From a virus (taxonomy: Duplodnaviria; Caudoviricetes), in IMG/VR virus record IMGVR_UViG_3300036796_000098, positions 1-52,136 of that record: DNA of 52,136 nt; one strand, written 5' to 3'. The position numbers were made by a program, and so were the translations under genes. The notes beneath the pieces were generated by a model that saw only the letters and a program-made list of their open reading frames with translations, was not told where the DNA came from and did no database searches. This document shows, in pieces, positions 16,600 to 26,557 of the stretch. Position 1 is the first letter of the stretch; every line of letters starts with the position of its first letter.

Positions 16600-16898
16600 G
16601 CAAAGCAACCTACGTAGATGACTTAGTGAAAGCATACGAAGCAGAGCGCCTGGCTAACCAGAACCGCACTCGCTCGCCGTACAAGAATATGCATAAAGAC
16701 CGCTGGATTGAAGTTTGCAGCGCCTATAACCGCAGGGCGATCGCCAAAGGAAAGCGCGGTGTTGGCAAGTCAAACAAGCGCAGATTCAGACTGACATCTC
16801 TGGGACTGGCTCGGGCAATTCAGGATTGCAGCTCATGGACGAAAATATGCCGCGACAATCGTGCGTATTTGGCTAAGCAGCGGGAGCAAGCAGCATGA
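16596..16898 (+). CDS. Basic hypothetical protein
   Basis: ATGA coupling; AGGAG RBS. Confidence 0.6.
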   Translation: MSKATYVDDLVKAYEAERLANQNRTRSPYKNMHKDRWIEVCSAYNRRAIAKGKRGVGKSNKRRFRLTSLGLARAIQDCSSWTKICRDNRAYLAKQREQAA

Positions 16899-17074
16899 AA
16901 ATACACACAGCAATATCTACCGCCCTTGAAGCACTGAATATCCGCTGGCAGCCAGCTCAGATAGCCGAACCAATACGCGAATCTTGCTACTCATACCCCA
17001 TCACCAACAACCGTCACACTGGTAAAGCGGCAGAGCGTAGGGCAGCTAAACAGCGTAGGAGGGCGAGACTGTGA
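16895..17074 (+). CDS. Small basic hypothetical protein (missing from ORF track)
   Basis: 59 aa ending TGKAAERRAAKQRRRARL; couples to Q start. Confidence 0.55.
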   Translation: MKIHTAISTALEALNIRWQPAQIAEPIRESCYSYPITNNRHTGKAAERRAAKQRRRARL

Positions 17075-17883
17075 GACTTGAAGCAATCGGGAAATACTTT
17101 GCACCAAAATCACCACACATCACAGACGCACCCAGGGCAACAGCTTCTGACTCGTTAAGTATCAGTGAAGTGATGGCCGCATTAGGTCTTGCAGGACTTA
17201 AAAGCGGCATCGGTCTGGATTTATATTTGGCGAAGATTGGCATCAGCGCACCAGATAAAGCAGTGGAGGGACTTTATGAAATTGCAAAACGCCTGGCCGG
17301 GCAATGCAAAGCAATCTCAGAACTTGAAGAAGATATTAAGCAAAGGGTTCTGCAAATACTCGCAACTTTTGCCTACCAGGATTATTCACGCAGCGCGGCT
17401 AGTGTTCGTCAATGCGAATGCTGTGCTGGGGAAGGATTCATAGAGGCTGAAGTATTCACTCTGAAAGCGGCAATGGGAAAGCTGACGCAGCTATCTGAAG
17501 TGAAGCTTGTGCGATTCGATACGCCGATGCCTGGCAACGACCTCAAACCAAAGCGGGAGATCGTTCGTGCTCTCTGTAGAGCATGCAAGGGTAAGAAGGT
17601 AATCAGCAACTCATGCCGATGTCATGGGAAAGGGAAGGTTGTAAACAAGGATAAGACTGAGGCTCTCGGAGGTATTCCAGTTTGGGAAGAATGCGATAAG
17701 TGCTCGGGCCGTGGTTACCGAAGGCTCAAGTTTTCAACTGTGCTGGAAGGTATTCAAACTGCGTGGGATGTGAAGAAGACATTTGCATATGACCACGTGC
17801 AGCCATTCTTTGAAATGCTGGTTACCGAATGCCACAAAGAAGAAGCGCAAGCCGACTTGATGCTGTCAAAAGTGACTAACTGA
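17071..17883 (+). CDS. Q: Late antiterminator Q
   Basis: KYFAPKSP...ATASDSL...DYSRSAAS followed by CxxC zinc-finger repeats; precedes pR' and lysis genes. Confidence 0.88.
   Translation: MRLEAIGKYFAPKSPHITDAPRATASDSLSISEVMAALGLAGLKSGIGLDLYLAKIGISAPDKAVEGLYEIAKRLAGQCKAISELEEDIKQRVLQILATFAYQDYSRSAASVRQCECCAGEGFIEAEVFTLKAAMGKLTQLSEVKLVRFDTPMPGNDLKPKREIVRALCRACKGKKVISNSCRCHGKGKVVNKDKTEALGGIPVWEECDKCSGRGYRRLKFSTVLEGIQTAWDVKKTFAYDHVQPFFEMLVTECHKEEAQADLMLSKVTN
17333..17365 (-). promoter_or_regulatory. paQ-like CII-dependent antisense promoter
   Basis: TTGC-GAGTAT-TTGC with TAATAT exactly 17 bp from the N6. Confidence 0.7.
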
Positions 17884-17925
17884 TAATTTATTTCTACTGA
17901 AATGGACTTTGGTAGAAATTAACTA

Positions 17926-17967
17926 TTGTATGTCGCGGAAAAAAAGACTAACCTCAATCCTAACACT
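17926..17967 (+). promoter_or_regulatory. pR' late promoter
   Basis: TTGTAT-17-TAACCT, then AACACT, a -10-like pause element. Confidence 0.6.
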
Positions 17968-17995
17968 ACAAATCCGTCTGATGTTACGGTGGATT

Positions 17996-18030
17996 AAAAA
18001 GAGGCCTCGCTTATGCGGGGCCTTTTGCGT
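17996..18030. terminator. tR' / hicB bidirectional terminator
   Basis: AGGCCTCGC-TTAT-GCGGGGCCT flanked by A- and T-runs. Confidence 0.8.
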
Positions 18031-18462
18031 TTAAGCGAGCTTAGAAATAGACACTGAAACCTCATATCCAAGGAGATATAAGGCTTGTTCCAGTGTTTCT
18101 ACTTTTGATGCGTGACTGACGTCAAGAAGCCGGTCAATCTGCGGCCCCTTCTGGTTAAGCTTTCGCGCTAAATCAGCTTTTCGTGTGCCAGTGCTAATCA
18201 TTGCATTGTGCAAGGCAGCTTTGAGACATGTAAGAACAGGAAGATGAATAATAATCTCACCTTCCTTCGCGCTTGATGGTTCAGCAATAGGTATGCGCGA
18301 ATCAATAAGATCGCCAATCATACCCGTTAAGGCGTCCCGCGCTTCAAGTTCGATATCGTCCTCAGTAAATGCTACTGAATGCAGATTATCGAAGTCACGA
18401 AAGCTGATTTCGTATTGCCCGGTATCTTCATCAAAAGATACTGATGCTGCGTATTTAAACAT
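18031..18462 (-). CDS. hicB: HicB antitoxin with C-terminal HTH
   Basis: YEISFRDF...EARDAL...RIPIAEPS...RKADLARKL...IDRLLD. Confidence 0.88.
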   Translation of the reverse strand: MFKYAASVSFDEDTGQYEISFRDFDNLHSVAFTEDDIELEARDALTGMIGDLIDSRIPIAEPSSAKEGEIIIHLPVLTCLKAALHNAMISTGTRKADLARKLNQKGPQIDRLLDVSHASKVETLEQALYLLGYEVSVSISKLA

Positions 18463-18520
18463 AAAGCCTCTTTCCGGTTATGGTCTCAATGACCAGATTC
18501 AGTGTCGAAAAGGGTGGGGC

Positions 18521-18703
18521 CTAAAGCCCCAGATCCTTGATTATCTATTTTCTTGTTCCCTCTGGTATCTCCTTGGAGCCGTGGAAGGGAAATATTGACA
18601 TCCTTCCGTTGATTGTTGCTTTCCGGTGACTACCTCCACCTCTTGCATTTTCAATCATGACTCCTTGGGACTTTAACCAGCGAAGGAACTCGCTGTATTT
18701 CAC
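18521..18703 (-). pseudogene. hicA: HicA mRNA-interferase toxin interrupted by an in-frame TAG (18545-18547)
   Basis: GGAGG RBS, GTG start; MKYSEFLRWLKSQGV...GGGSHRK...FPFHGSKEIPEGTRK*IIKDLGL*. Confidence 0.85.
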
Positions 18704-18888
18704 TGAATCCTCCTGTTCGTTGATGATGTAATCATATTAACATATAAGATTATAAATACAACAAAAATGTTGTGTTTTGTTGTGCCTATTCGCGCCCATC
18801 CAAACAGCTAACCATTACCCTCTTATTGCATTGGATGAGGCGCTTTCCCAACTACACAGAACAGCACCCCGAAATACGGAGGTGTGGA

Positions 18889-19206
18889 ATGCATCGTATG
18901 AATGACCAGTCGGGTAATGTGATTACCCAGTTCTTCGCATGGCTGGCGGCTATCTCAGCGGCGCTAGGATTATCAACACAAGATATCGTCTTCATGTTTT
19001 TTGGATTTATAGGCGTTCTTCTCTCTCTTGGTTCTTTTATCTTCGGTCGTGTGGATGCTCGAAAGCTACATAAAGAGGATGAGAAGCGCACAAAATTACT
19101 CGAAAAATACTTCGAAGATGCTCATCTGCTGCCGCCAGAGCAACGCCCCGCCAGTGTCAAAGTTGTTACCGACGCAATTAACAGGATCAGCGCAAATGCA
19201 AAATAA
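18889..19206 (+). CDS. Holin with dual-start motif (M-H-R-M)
   Basis: Two hydrophobic segments and a charged tail; ATGs at 18889 and 18898; RBS inside a hairpin at 18864-18885. Confidence 0.8.
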   Translation: MHRMNDQSGNVITQFFAWLAAISAALGLSTQDIVFMFFGFIGVLLSLGSFIFGRVDARKLHKEDEKRTKLLEKYFEDAHLLPPEQRPASVKVVTDAINRISANAK

Positions 19207-19720
19207 AAAAGCAGGTGCGGCCGGAGCTGTTTGCTCGGTAGGCGCAATCATCGCCATTGTGCTTGGTAGTGGAAACGTAAGGACAAACGAACGTGGATTG
19301 GAGTTAATCGGCAATGCCGAATCGTGCCGCCGAGACCCGTATGTATGCCCGGCAGGTATTTCCACTGATGGGATCGGCAACACGCATAACGTTATAGCAG
19401 GAACTCATAAAACTGATGCACAGATTGCGGCTGACTGGGAGAAAAACATCCTCGCTGCAGAGCGCTGTGTGAACAGTTATGGCAATGGTAAAAAGCTATC
19501 AGACAATACTTTCTCTGCGGTTGCCTCCATCACGTTCAACGCAGGATGCGGCTCTATGCAGAAGTCCACGCTGTTCGCCATGCTGAGAGAAGGCCCGGTG
19601 GCGTATAAATCCGCGTGCAACCAATTTCCGCGCTGGGTATATGCCGGGAAAACCGTTTTACCAGGACTTGTTAAGCGTCGTGAGGCGGAAAAACAACTGT
19701 GTCTGGATGGCCTGAAATGA
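19196..19720 (+). CDS. SAR endolysin (P1 Lyz-like lysozyme)
   Basis: Gly/Ala-rich N-terminal anchor; C13, E42, C44, C51, T57. Confidence 0.92.
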   Translation: MQNKKAGAAGAVCSVGAIIAIVLGSGNVRTNERGLELIGNAESCRRDPYVCPAGISTDGIGNTHNVIAGTHKTDAQIAADWEKNILAAERCVNSYGNGKKLSDNTFSAVASITFNAGCGSMQKSTLFAMLREGPVAYKSACNQFPRWVYAGKTVLPGLVKRREAEKQLCLDGLK

Positions 19721-20175
19721 GTCGAATAACCTCCATCGTCGTCGCAGTGATTATTTGCATCATTGTGTCGCTGGCGTGGCTGGTTAATCACTACCGCGAC
19801 AACGCCACCGAATATAAGAAGCAGCGAGACGATAAGGCTCATGAGCTAAACCTGGCTAACTCGGTAATCACAGACATGCAGACACGGCAACGCGACGTTG
19901 CCGCTCTCGACACCAAATACACGCAGGAACTTGCCGATGCTAAATCCACTATCGAAGATTTGCAGCGCGATGTTTCTTCTGGCAAGCGTCGGTTGCAGCT
20001 CAACGCCACCTGTAAGAACAGCTCCACCACCTCCGGCAGCCTGGGCGATGCTTCCACCCCCGGACTTAACCCAGATGCTGAGCGGGATTATTGGCGTCTC
20101 AGAACCGCAAACGAAACAGTGACAGGGCAAGTGAAGTATTTGCAGGGCTACATCCGGCAGCAGTGCCTTAAGTAA
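19717..20175 (+). CDS. Rz: i-spanin
   Basis: N-terminal TM; [19 protein letters not shown]; [10 protein letters not shown]. Confidence 0.92.
   Translation: MSRITSIVVAVIICIIVSLAWLVNHYRDNATEYKKQRDDKAHELNLANSVITDMQTRQRDVAALDTKYTQELADAKSTIEDLQRDVSSGKRRLQLNATCKNSSTTSGSLGDASTPGLNPDAERDYWRLRTANETVTGQVKYLQGYIRQQCLK
19937..20122 (+). CDS. Rz1: o-spanin lipoprotein nested in Rz
   Basis: Lipobox SVGC, Pro-rich PPPPAAWAM. Confidence 0.88.
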   Translation: MLNPLSKICSAMFLLASVGCSSTPPVRTAPPPPAAWAMLPPPDLTQMLSGIIGVSEPQTKQ

Positions 20176-20199
20176 TTCGTCACCCACTATGACAAACAG

Positions 20200-20224
20200 A
20201 GCCTGACTTCGGTCGGGCTTTTTT
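20200..20224 (+). terminator. Terminator after the lysis cassette
   Basis: AGCCTGAC-TTCG-GTCGGGCT followed by a T-run. Confidence 0.8.
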
Positions 20225-20379
20225 ACATCTGAATTCCACCGCGCACCGCAATGCGCATGTAACCACACCGAACCAACCACTTTGAAATGAGCCTTTGAGG
20301 AAGTCAGTTAGTGCTGGCGAGCCTTCGGTGGGCTGATTTCCATTGCGGCAAGGGTTCATCTCAAAGTAAGGCAAACGCT

Positions 20380-21135
20380 ATGAGCAACATCATTCCGATG
20401 ACGTTTGATGAACAACAGTTTCCTTTTTATTCAGATTGCTGGTTTAACGCTACTGTGGCAGCAAAGCACCACGGCAAGAGGGTAAAGAACTGGACAATAC
20501 TGGAATCAAGTCGGGAGTACATCGCAGAGTTGGCGCAAGAACTTGATATTGAGCCATTCGATTCTAAAGGGCAGATTTCTACCCTTTTAGTTCGTGCAGA
20601 AAAAGGCCGTTACGGCGGAACCTGGATGCACCCCGAACTGGTGGTTGAGTTTGCCCGCTGGCTATCAGCGAAGTTCGCCCGCGCCTGCGATCGTCACATC
20701 AAAAATCTTCTTCTGAGTAAAAACTTCCAGCTTACGGAAGACCAGATTGTTGGCCTGATGGTGTATCAGCAGCCGACATCATGGGAGAAGCGCTTTAAAG
20801 AGCCGTTCTACCAGGCGCTGGCAAAGATGACCGGGCTTCCGTACTTCGGTCACGTAGGCGGCTGTCCATCATTATTTGGGCAAATCACCGCCAGGTGGGT
20901 ATATGCCGTTGCGTTACCAGACTTTGTGTACCAAGCAGCAAAAACAGCGGCAGGAGAAAGCGGAGAGAAAATTCACCAGCACCTTAAACCTGACGCGCTA
21001 GGAAAAGTCGAGCAGCAGCTCATCGCAGTAACGAATATTGCAAATTGCAGCATTGATACAAAGGACTTTGAAGCCCGCTGTATGGCTGCATTCCCGGTTA
21101 AAGGTCAGATGAAGTTGCTCTATGCAGCGGCATGA
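20380..21135 (+). CDS. KilA-N domain protein with P63C-like C-terminus
   Basis: WFNATVAAKHHGKR...GGTWMHPELVVEFARWLS; WEKRFKEPFY. Confidence 0.82.
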   Translation: MSNIIPMTFDEQQFPFYSDCWFNATVAAKHHGKRVKNWTILESSREYIAELAQELDIEPFDSKGQISTLLVRAEKGRYGGTWMHPELVVEFARWLSAKFARACDRHIKNLLLSKNFQLTEDQIVGLMVYQQPTSWEKRFKEPFYQALAKMTGLPYFGHVGGCPSLFGQITARWVYAVALPDFVYQAAKTAAGESGEKIHQHLKPDALGKVEQQLIAVTNIANCSIDTKDFEARCMAAFPVKGQMKLLYAAA

Positions 21136-21532
21136 AAGCCAAGAGAGCCACTTTCACAACGGCTCTTATCAATTCCGTGGTGGAAACGAGGTGATCACTC
21201 ATCTTGCTGACGGGTAAGCCGTAAGTGGGGAAGTCCTGCTGTGAAGCACCGCAACCCTGCGCTCCAATTATTTAATCGTGTCATATCGTCACCGCAAACT
21301 TACGTTAGCTAAGACGGCAGCCCCTCTTCTGCTAGAGCGCGTGAGGTTTATCAAAAACGATAATACCAGGCTAGCGCCACAGGCGTAATCCCATTCATGC
21401 CGCAATCTCAAGCGGTGGTAGAAGAATTGAGAATGTAATACAGAGCATTCTTCCAAGAGCGCTCGATATTGCAGTGAGTTTTATGTGTTGGCCTACGGGC
21501 TGGATATCAACCAATCAGCAGGAAATTCTATT

Positions 21533-21754
21533 ATGAGCACTAAATGTATCTCCACGGGAGGATATCCGGTTGAAGTGGCAACCATGGACGATGTTGATGG
21601 TGAAGCTTATACACTTCCGGCCGCCACTACGACGGCACTCGGAGGCGTGAAGAAGATGGCGGCACAGGCAGACTCAACCGCAACAGATGTTGCTGGCTTG
21701 CTGGCTGACTTCAACGCTCTGCTGGCTAAAGCTCGCACTGCCGGACTGATGTGA
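21533..21754 (+). CDS. Head fibre/decoration-like small protein
   Basis: YTLPAATTTALGGVKK...DFNALLAKARTAGLM. Confidence 0.65.
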   Translation: MSTKCISTGGYPVEVATMDDVDGEAYTLPAATTTALGGVKKMAAQADSTATDVAGLLADFNALLAKARTAGLM

Positions 21755-21945
21755 TGGGAAGAGTAATTATCATGAACGCATCGGTGCTATTAAACGATTC
21801 TGATGAATGGGTCGAACTAGGTGCGTGTTACCCGGGAAAGACAGTAGAAGAACACGGATTCGTTCAGTTTCACCTACGGAGCGGGTCTATTGAATACTTC
21901 AAAACTGATACCGTGCTGCGGTTCAGGCTGAAAGAGAAAGAATAA
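21754..21945 (+). CDS. Hypothetical protein
   Basis: Coupled ORF. Confidence 0.55.
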   Translation: MGRVIIMNASVLLNDSDEWVELGACYPGKTVEEHGFVQFHLRSGSIEYFKTDTVLRFRLKEKE

Positions 21946-22122
21946 ATGGCAAAGCTCACTGACAAGCAAGAACCAGTAGATTGGACGAAAGCTCAAGCAT
22001 CGTTTCGGCAGTGGCACGAAGAACTGCATTCAAATATGACCAACGAAAAGTTCATTGATTTGTATGTTGGAAGGGTCATACCACTAGAACCAACAAAAGA
22101 AGATGAACGCTTAAGGAAGTGA
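21946..22122 (+). CDS. Small chimeric-looking ORF starting MAKLTDKQE (missing from ORF track)
   Basis: 58 aa filling the gap before terS. Confidence 0.5.
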   Translation: MAKLTDKQEPVDWTKAQASFRQWHEELHSNMTNEKFIDLYVGRVIPLEPTKEDERLRK

Positions 22123-22124
22123 TT

Positions 22125-22601
22125 ATGGCTAGGCCAACCAAGTACCAGAAGGCGTACGCCGAGCAGGCTCGCAAGCTGTGCATGCTTGGCTACACCGATG
22201 CTCAATTAGCAGACTTCTTCGAGGTCTCTGAAGCAACTATCAATACGTGGAAGAAAGAGCACCCAGGGTTTCTGGAGTCCGTAAAAAAGGGGAAAGACCT
22301 TGTTGATGCTGAAGTGGTAGATAGCCTCTTCCAGAGAGCAATGGGTTATGTGGCCCCGGACACTGATATCCGCGTGATTGATAACCAGATAGTCAAGACG
22401 CAAATCAAGAAGCATTACCCGCCCGACACGGCAGCTGCAATCTTCTGGCTTAAGAACCGACAGAAGAAAGACTGGCGCGACAAAATCGACCACGGCATTG
22501 AAGGTGCTGATGGCGGTCCGGTGCAGGTAGTGAACTACACCCCAGCAGACTACGCGCTCGCGCAGAAAGCGCTAGAGGGGAAACTCGAAGACCTGGATTA
22601 A
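22125..22601 (+). CDS. Terminase small subunit
   Basis: MARPTKY...HTH...PPDTAAAIFWLKNR; precedes terL. Confidence 0.88.
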   Translation: MARPTKYQKAYAEQARKLCMLGYTDAQLADFFEVSEATINTWKKEHPGFLESVKKGKDLVDAEVVDSLFQRAMGYVAPDTDIRVIDNQIVKTQIKKHYPPDTAAAIFWLKNRQKKDWRDKIDHGIEGADGGPVQVVNYTPADYALAQKALEGKLEDLD

Positions 22602-22605
22602 GCCT

Positions 22606-24282
22606 ATGAGCGGAATTATCGAATGGGAAGATTTGACATTTCCTGAGCGTGTTGTGCTTAAGTCAAAATCCACAAAATCATTCCTGAACCATACGAGAAT
22701 ATGGTTCGAAATTATCCAGGGTGATCGGCTACTAGTTAACTGGCACCATCGGCTGATGGCCTCGAAAATTGATGATCTAATTTACCGACGCTTAGAGCCA
22801 GGTAACTTGATTATCAACGTGCCCCCTGGTGGGACGAAAACAGAATTCTTCTCAATTCACCTTCCGTCGTATGTCAATGCACTGGTGCAGGAAGGGAGAT
22901 TAAAGCGCTTCCGAAACCTGAATATCTCATTTGCTGACACGCTGGTTAAACGTAACTCACGCCGAACCAGGGACATCATCGCCAGCCGTGAGTATCAGGA
23001 GTTCTGGCCTTGCTCGTTTGGCGTTAACCAGGCTGAAGAGTGGGAGATAAAAGACGATCGAGGTCGCTCAATAGGGCAGACGGTATCCCGTTCAAGTAAC
23101 GGACAGATAACCGGCGGTCGTGGTGGATACTTCGGGCCCGAGTTCTCTGGCATGGTTATGCTGGACGACTACAACAAGCCCGTCGACATGCTGAGCGAAT
23201 CACGCAGGAACAGCGCTAACACGCTCCTGGTGAATACCATCCGCTCCCGTCGTGGTGATAAGTCCAAAGAGCATCCAACTCCGTTTGTGAGCATTCAGCA
23301 GCGCTTACACACTGATGACGCTACCGGCTTCATGCTGGGTGGTGGCATGGGCGTTAAATTCCATCACGTTGCCATCCCGGCGATGATTGATGAGAAATAT
23401 ATCCAGTCTCTCGCTGAGCCGTGGCGCTCGTTGTGCTGGGAGACGGTTAAAGACACCGATTATGTCGAAGTGTCCGGGACGCGCTACTGGTCATACTGGC
23501 CTCAGATGGAAGACGTGAATGACCTCCTGCAATTGTGGGAGAAAGACCGTTACACATTTCTCTCTCAGTATCAGCAAAACCCAATGGCGCTCACCGGCGG
23601 CATTATCGACACAGGCTGGTTCCAGACCTACACCACGCTTCCTAAGCTGACTCACCGCGCCGTATACGTTGATACCAACAGCGGTAAGGTAGAGGACTGG
23701 CTCGACTACACCGTATTCACTTTGGTGGGCATGGGTGTTGATGGCAATCTCTACATCATCGATGTCGTGCGTGGCCGCTGGGACCCTGAAGACCTCCTGA
23801 AGAAAGCAGAAGAGGTCTGGGAGAAATGGCGCATGCAGGGTTCAATGCGAATCATGCCGATGCGCCATATGGCTATCGAAGAGAAACAGGCCGGACAAGG
23901 GTTGATCACCACCCTGAAGAAACGAAGTGCAACACCTGGGCAGATCGCTATTCCGGTGAAAGAGATTCCACGCGGCGCAGGCCAGAACAAACTGGTTCGC
24001 TGCCTCAACGTCATTCCTCAGATTAAAACTGGCAAGGTTTATGTTCCTGCCACTCATGATGAGCACGGAGCTATTAGGCCTCATGTTTACTACGAAGATG
24101 GAACGGTTGCCGGAACAACCTCATGGGTTATCACCGCAATGACTGAATGCGCCGCGTTCTCTGCTGACGACAGTCACGACAATGACGACATCCTTGATAC
24201 CTGGATGGACGCCATCGATGACAACCTTATTTCCGGTCGCCAGCCAATGGTGATCGACCCAAGTCAACTCAGGAGAATTTAA
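22606..24282 (+). CDS. Terminase large subunit
   Basis: NWHH, PPGGTKT, MLDD, QQRLH, QYQQNP, nuclease acidic residues (VDT, HDNDDILD). Confidence 0.93.
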   Translation: MSGIIEWEDLTFPERVVLKSKSTKSFLNHTRIWFEIIQGDRLLVNWHHRLMASKIDDLIYRRLEPGNLIINVPPGGTKTEFFSIHLPSYVNALVQEGRLKRFRNLNISFADTLVKRNSRRTRDIIASREYQEFWPCSFGVNQAEEWEIKDDRGRSIGQTVSRSSNGQITGGRGGYFGPEFSGMVMLDDYNKPVDMLSESRRNSANTLLVNTIRSRRGDKSKEHPTPFVSIQQRLHTDDATGFMLGGGMGVKFHHVAIPAMIDEKYIQSLAEPWRSLCWETVKDTDYVEVSGTRYWSYWPQMEDVNDLLQLWEKDRYTFLSQYQQNPMALTGGIIDTGWFQTYTTLPKLTHRAVYVDTNSGKVEDWLDYTVFTLVGMGVDGNLYIIDVVRGRWDPEDLLKKAEEVWEKWRMQGSMRIMPMRHMAIEEKQAGQGLITTLKKRSATPGQIAIPVKEIPRGAGQNKLVRCLNVIPQIKTGKVYVPATHDEHGAIRPHVYYEDGTVAGTTSWVITAMTECAAFSADDSHDNDDILDTWMDAIDDNLISGRQPMVIDPSQLRRI

Positions 24283-25803
24283 GTGCGGTGGAAATGGTGG
24301 AAGAAAGAAATCGCCGCGCCTGAGCCGGTGAAAGAGCCTGAAAAGGTTGAGATGAAAATCAAGCAAGAGGCGGTCGCTGATATCCAGGCTAAACCGCCTC
24401 GTGAGTTTCAGCAGTACAAGCCACCAAAAGGAGTTATCCCGGAGAGTATCGAGAAAGGTGTACTGGCTATGGACTCAACCCCATACGCAACGCTGAATGA
24501 AGCTTACACCGGATACACCTACGGCTACCCTGATAGCTTCCCAGGCTATCCATACCTGGCGACGCTGGCGCAGAAGCCGGAATACCGGAAAATGGTCGGG
24601 ACCATCGCCGAAGAGATGACACGCAAATGGATCAAGCTCAAGACTGCAGGTGATGAGGATAAGTCAGAGCGCGTTAAGCAACTTTACGACGCACTCGACC
24701 GGTTCAAGGTTCGTGACCGGTTCCGCGAGGCTGCGGAGCATGACGGCTATTTCGGCGGCGGCCAGATTTACATCGATGTGCAGTCAACGCGCGGAGTATC
24801 TGCCTGGACTGATGATGTTGAGCTGCAATCCAAGTTGTTCCTGTCTGACAAGAAGATCAAGCAAGGCAGCCTGAAGGGCTTCACTGTGATTGAGCCTGTC
24901 TGGACCTATCCCGGCGTGTACAACACAGCAAACCCGATGAACCCTGACTTTTACAAGCCGACAGAATGGTTTGTGATGGCTAAGACGGTGAACTCAAGCC
25001 GTATGCTGGACTTTGTTTCTCGCGAGGTTCCTGACCTTCTAAAGGCCGCCTATAACTTCCGTGGTCTGAGCCTGACACAGATAGCAGAGCCGTATGTGAA
25101 TAACTGGCTGCGCACCCGCGACAGTGTCAGCGACATGATTCACTCGTTCAGCATTCCGGTCATCGGAACGAACATGAGCACTATCCTGCAAGGGGGAGGT
25201 GCTGAGTCACTTCTTGCCCGATTACAGATGTTCAATCAGTGCCGTGATAACCGAGGGGCGTTTGCGAAGGATAACGACGCAACACAGCCTGAGACGGTGG
25301 AATTCGTCAATGCACCTCTCGGCACTCTGGACGCTCTACAGGCCCAGGCACAAGAGCAGATGGCGGCAGTATCAAGCATCCCTCTGGTTAAGTTGCTGGG
25401 CATATCACCTGCCGGGCTTAACGCTTCGTCAGATGGCGAAATACGCGTCTTCTATGACTACATCCACGCTCTGCAGCAATCGATGTTCAAGGACAACCTG
25501 AAACGCGTTCTGGACATCATTCAGCTTTCAGAGTTCGGCGACATCGACCCGGAAATCTACTTTGAGTTTGAGCCTCTCTACGAGATGAGCACGAAGGAGA
25601 AAGCAGAGATTCGGAAAATTGATGCAGACACTGACGCGGTTTATGTGGCTGTTGGCGCGCTGTCAAATAACGAGGTGCGCGAGAAGATTGCCGAAGACCC
25701 TGAATCACCTTATCACTCACTGGACCTAAGCGATGACATCGACCTCGAAGAAGAAGATGGCGAAGACATCGACCCAGAAGACGATACCGCCAGTCAGACC
25801 TAA
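24283..25803 (+). CDS. Portal protein (DUF1073-like)
   Basis: Follows terL; [21 protein letters not shown] motif. Confidence 0.88.
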   Translation: MRWKWWKKEIAAPEPVKEPEKVEMKIKQEAVADIQAKPPREFQQYKPPKGVIPESIEKGVLAMDSTPYATLNEAYTGYTYGYPDSFPGYPYLATLAQKPEYRKMVGTIAEEMTRKWIKLKTAGDEDKSERVKQLYDALDRFKVRDRFREAAEHDGYFGGGQIYIDVQSTRGVSAWTDDVELQSKLFLSDKKIKQGSLKGFTVIEPVWTYPGVYNTANPMNPDFYKPTEWFVMAKTVNSSRMLDFVSREVPDLLKAAYNFRGLSLTQIAEPYVNNWLRTRDSVSDMIHSFSIPVIGTNMSTILQGGGAESLLARLQMFNQCRDNRGAFAKDNDATQPETVEFVNAPLGTLDALQAQAQEQMAAVSSIPLVKLLGISPAGLNASSDGEIRVFYDYIHALQQSMFKDNLKRVLDIIQLSEFGDIDPEIYFEFEPLYEMSTKEKAEIRKIDADTDAVYVAVGALSNNEVREKIAEDPESPYHSLDLSDDIDLEEEDGEDIDPEDDTASQT

Positions 25804-26545
25804 CGCAGGTGTGGAGGCGTGGTATCGACGCCAGCTCGATAAGCAGGTCCGAGAGATGCAGAAGTCTGTTGTGTACTGGCTCACCGCTAACTACAAAGCG
25901 AGCGGTGCGGCGGTGGCAATGGACGCATCTCCGGCTGTATTTATGCGTGACGCGATGAAAAAGCTGGCTAAGCGCTGGACTAAATCATTCGACAACATTG
26001 CTCAGAAACTTGCCGATCGGTTCGCTGGCGACGCCATGAAGAACTCTGACGTGTCGCTGCATAACGCGCTGGAGACTGCTGGCTTCACGGTTGAGTTCAA
26101 AATGACCGCGCCAATGAATAACGCGCTTCAGGCGACCATTGCTGAAAACGTCGGGCTGATACGCTCCATCCCGGAGAAGTATTTCACCGAGGTAGAAGGT
26201 CTGGTCATGCGCTCAGTGGCTCGGGGGCGTGACCTGTCATACCTCACCGATGAATTGCAAAAGCGTTACGGTATCACCCGCCGACGGGCGGCGCTGATTG
26301 CTCGCGATCAGAACAACAAGGCAACCTCCGTGATGCAGGCGGCTCGGCAGAAGTCACTCGGCATCACGCAGGGCATCTGGAGGCACTCTCACGCTGGTAA
26401 AGAACCTCGTCCATCGCACGTTAAGGCCGATGGAAAGGTGTTTGAACTCAGCAAGGGGATGTACCTGGATGGAAAATGGGTGATGCCGGGAGAGGAAATC
26501 AACTGTCGTTGCACCTGGTCACCAGTCATACCCGGTCTTAGCTAG
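25733..26545 (+). CDS. Head morphogenesis protein (MuF / SPP1 gp7 family)
   Basis: [22 protein letters not shown]. Confidence 0.9.
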   Translation: MTSTSKKKMAKTSTQKTIPPVRPNAGVEAWYRRQLDKQVREMQKSVVYWLTANYKASGAAVAMDASPAVFMRDAMKKLAKRWTKSFDNIAQKLADRFAGDAMKNSDVSLHNALETAGFTVEFKMTAPMNNALQATIAENVGLIRSIPEKYFTEVEGLVMRSVARGRDLSYLTDELQKRYGITRRRAALIARDQNNKATSVMQAARQKSLGITQGIWRHSHAGKEPRPSHVKADGKVFELSKGMYLDGKWVMPGEEINCRCTWSPVIPGLS

Positions 26546-26557
26546 ACGGAATAAACA

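Noticed and set aside
17884-18888. tRNA genes or toxin cargo after Q
   Set aside because: No cloverleaf or TTCRAATC/CCA pattern found; the slot is occupied by hicAB
24283-25803. Anti-CBASS Acb1 label sometimes attached to DUF1073 proteins
   Set aside because: Size and position between terL and MuF indicate a portal; no separate phosphoesterase domain evident
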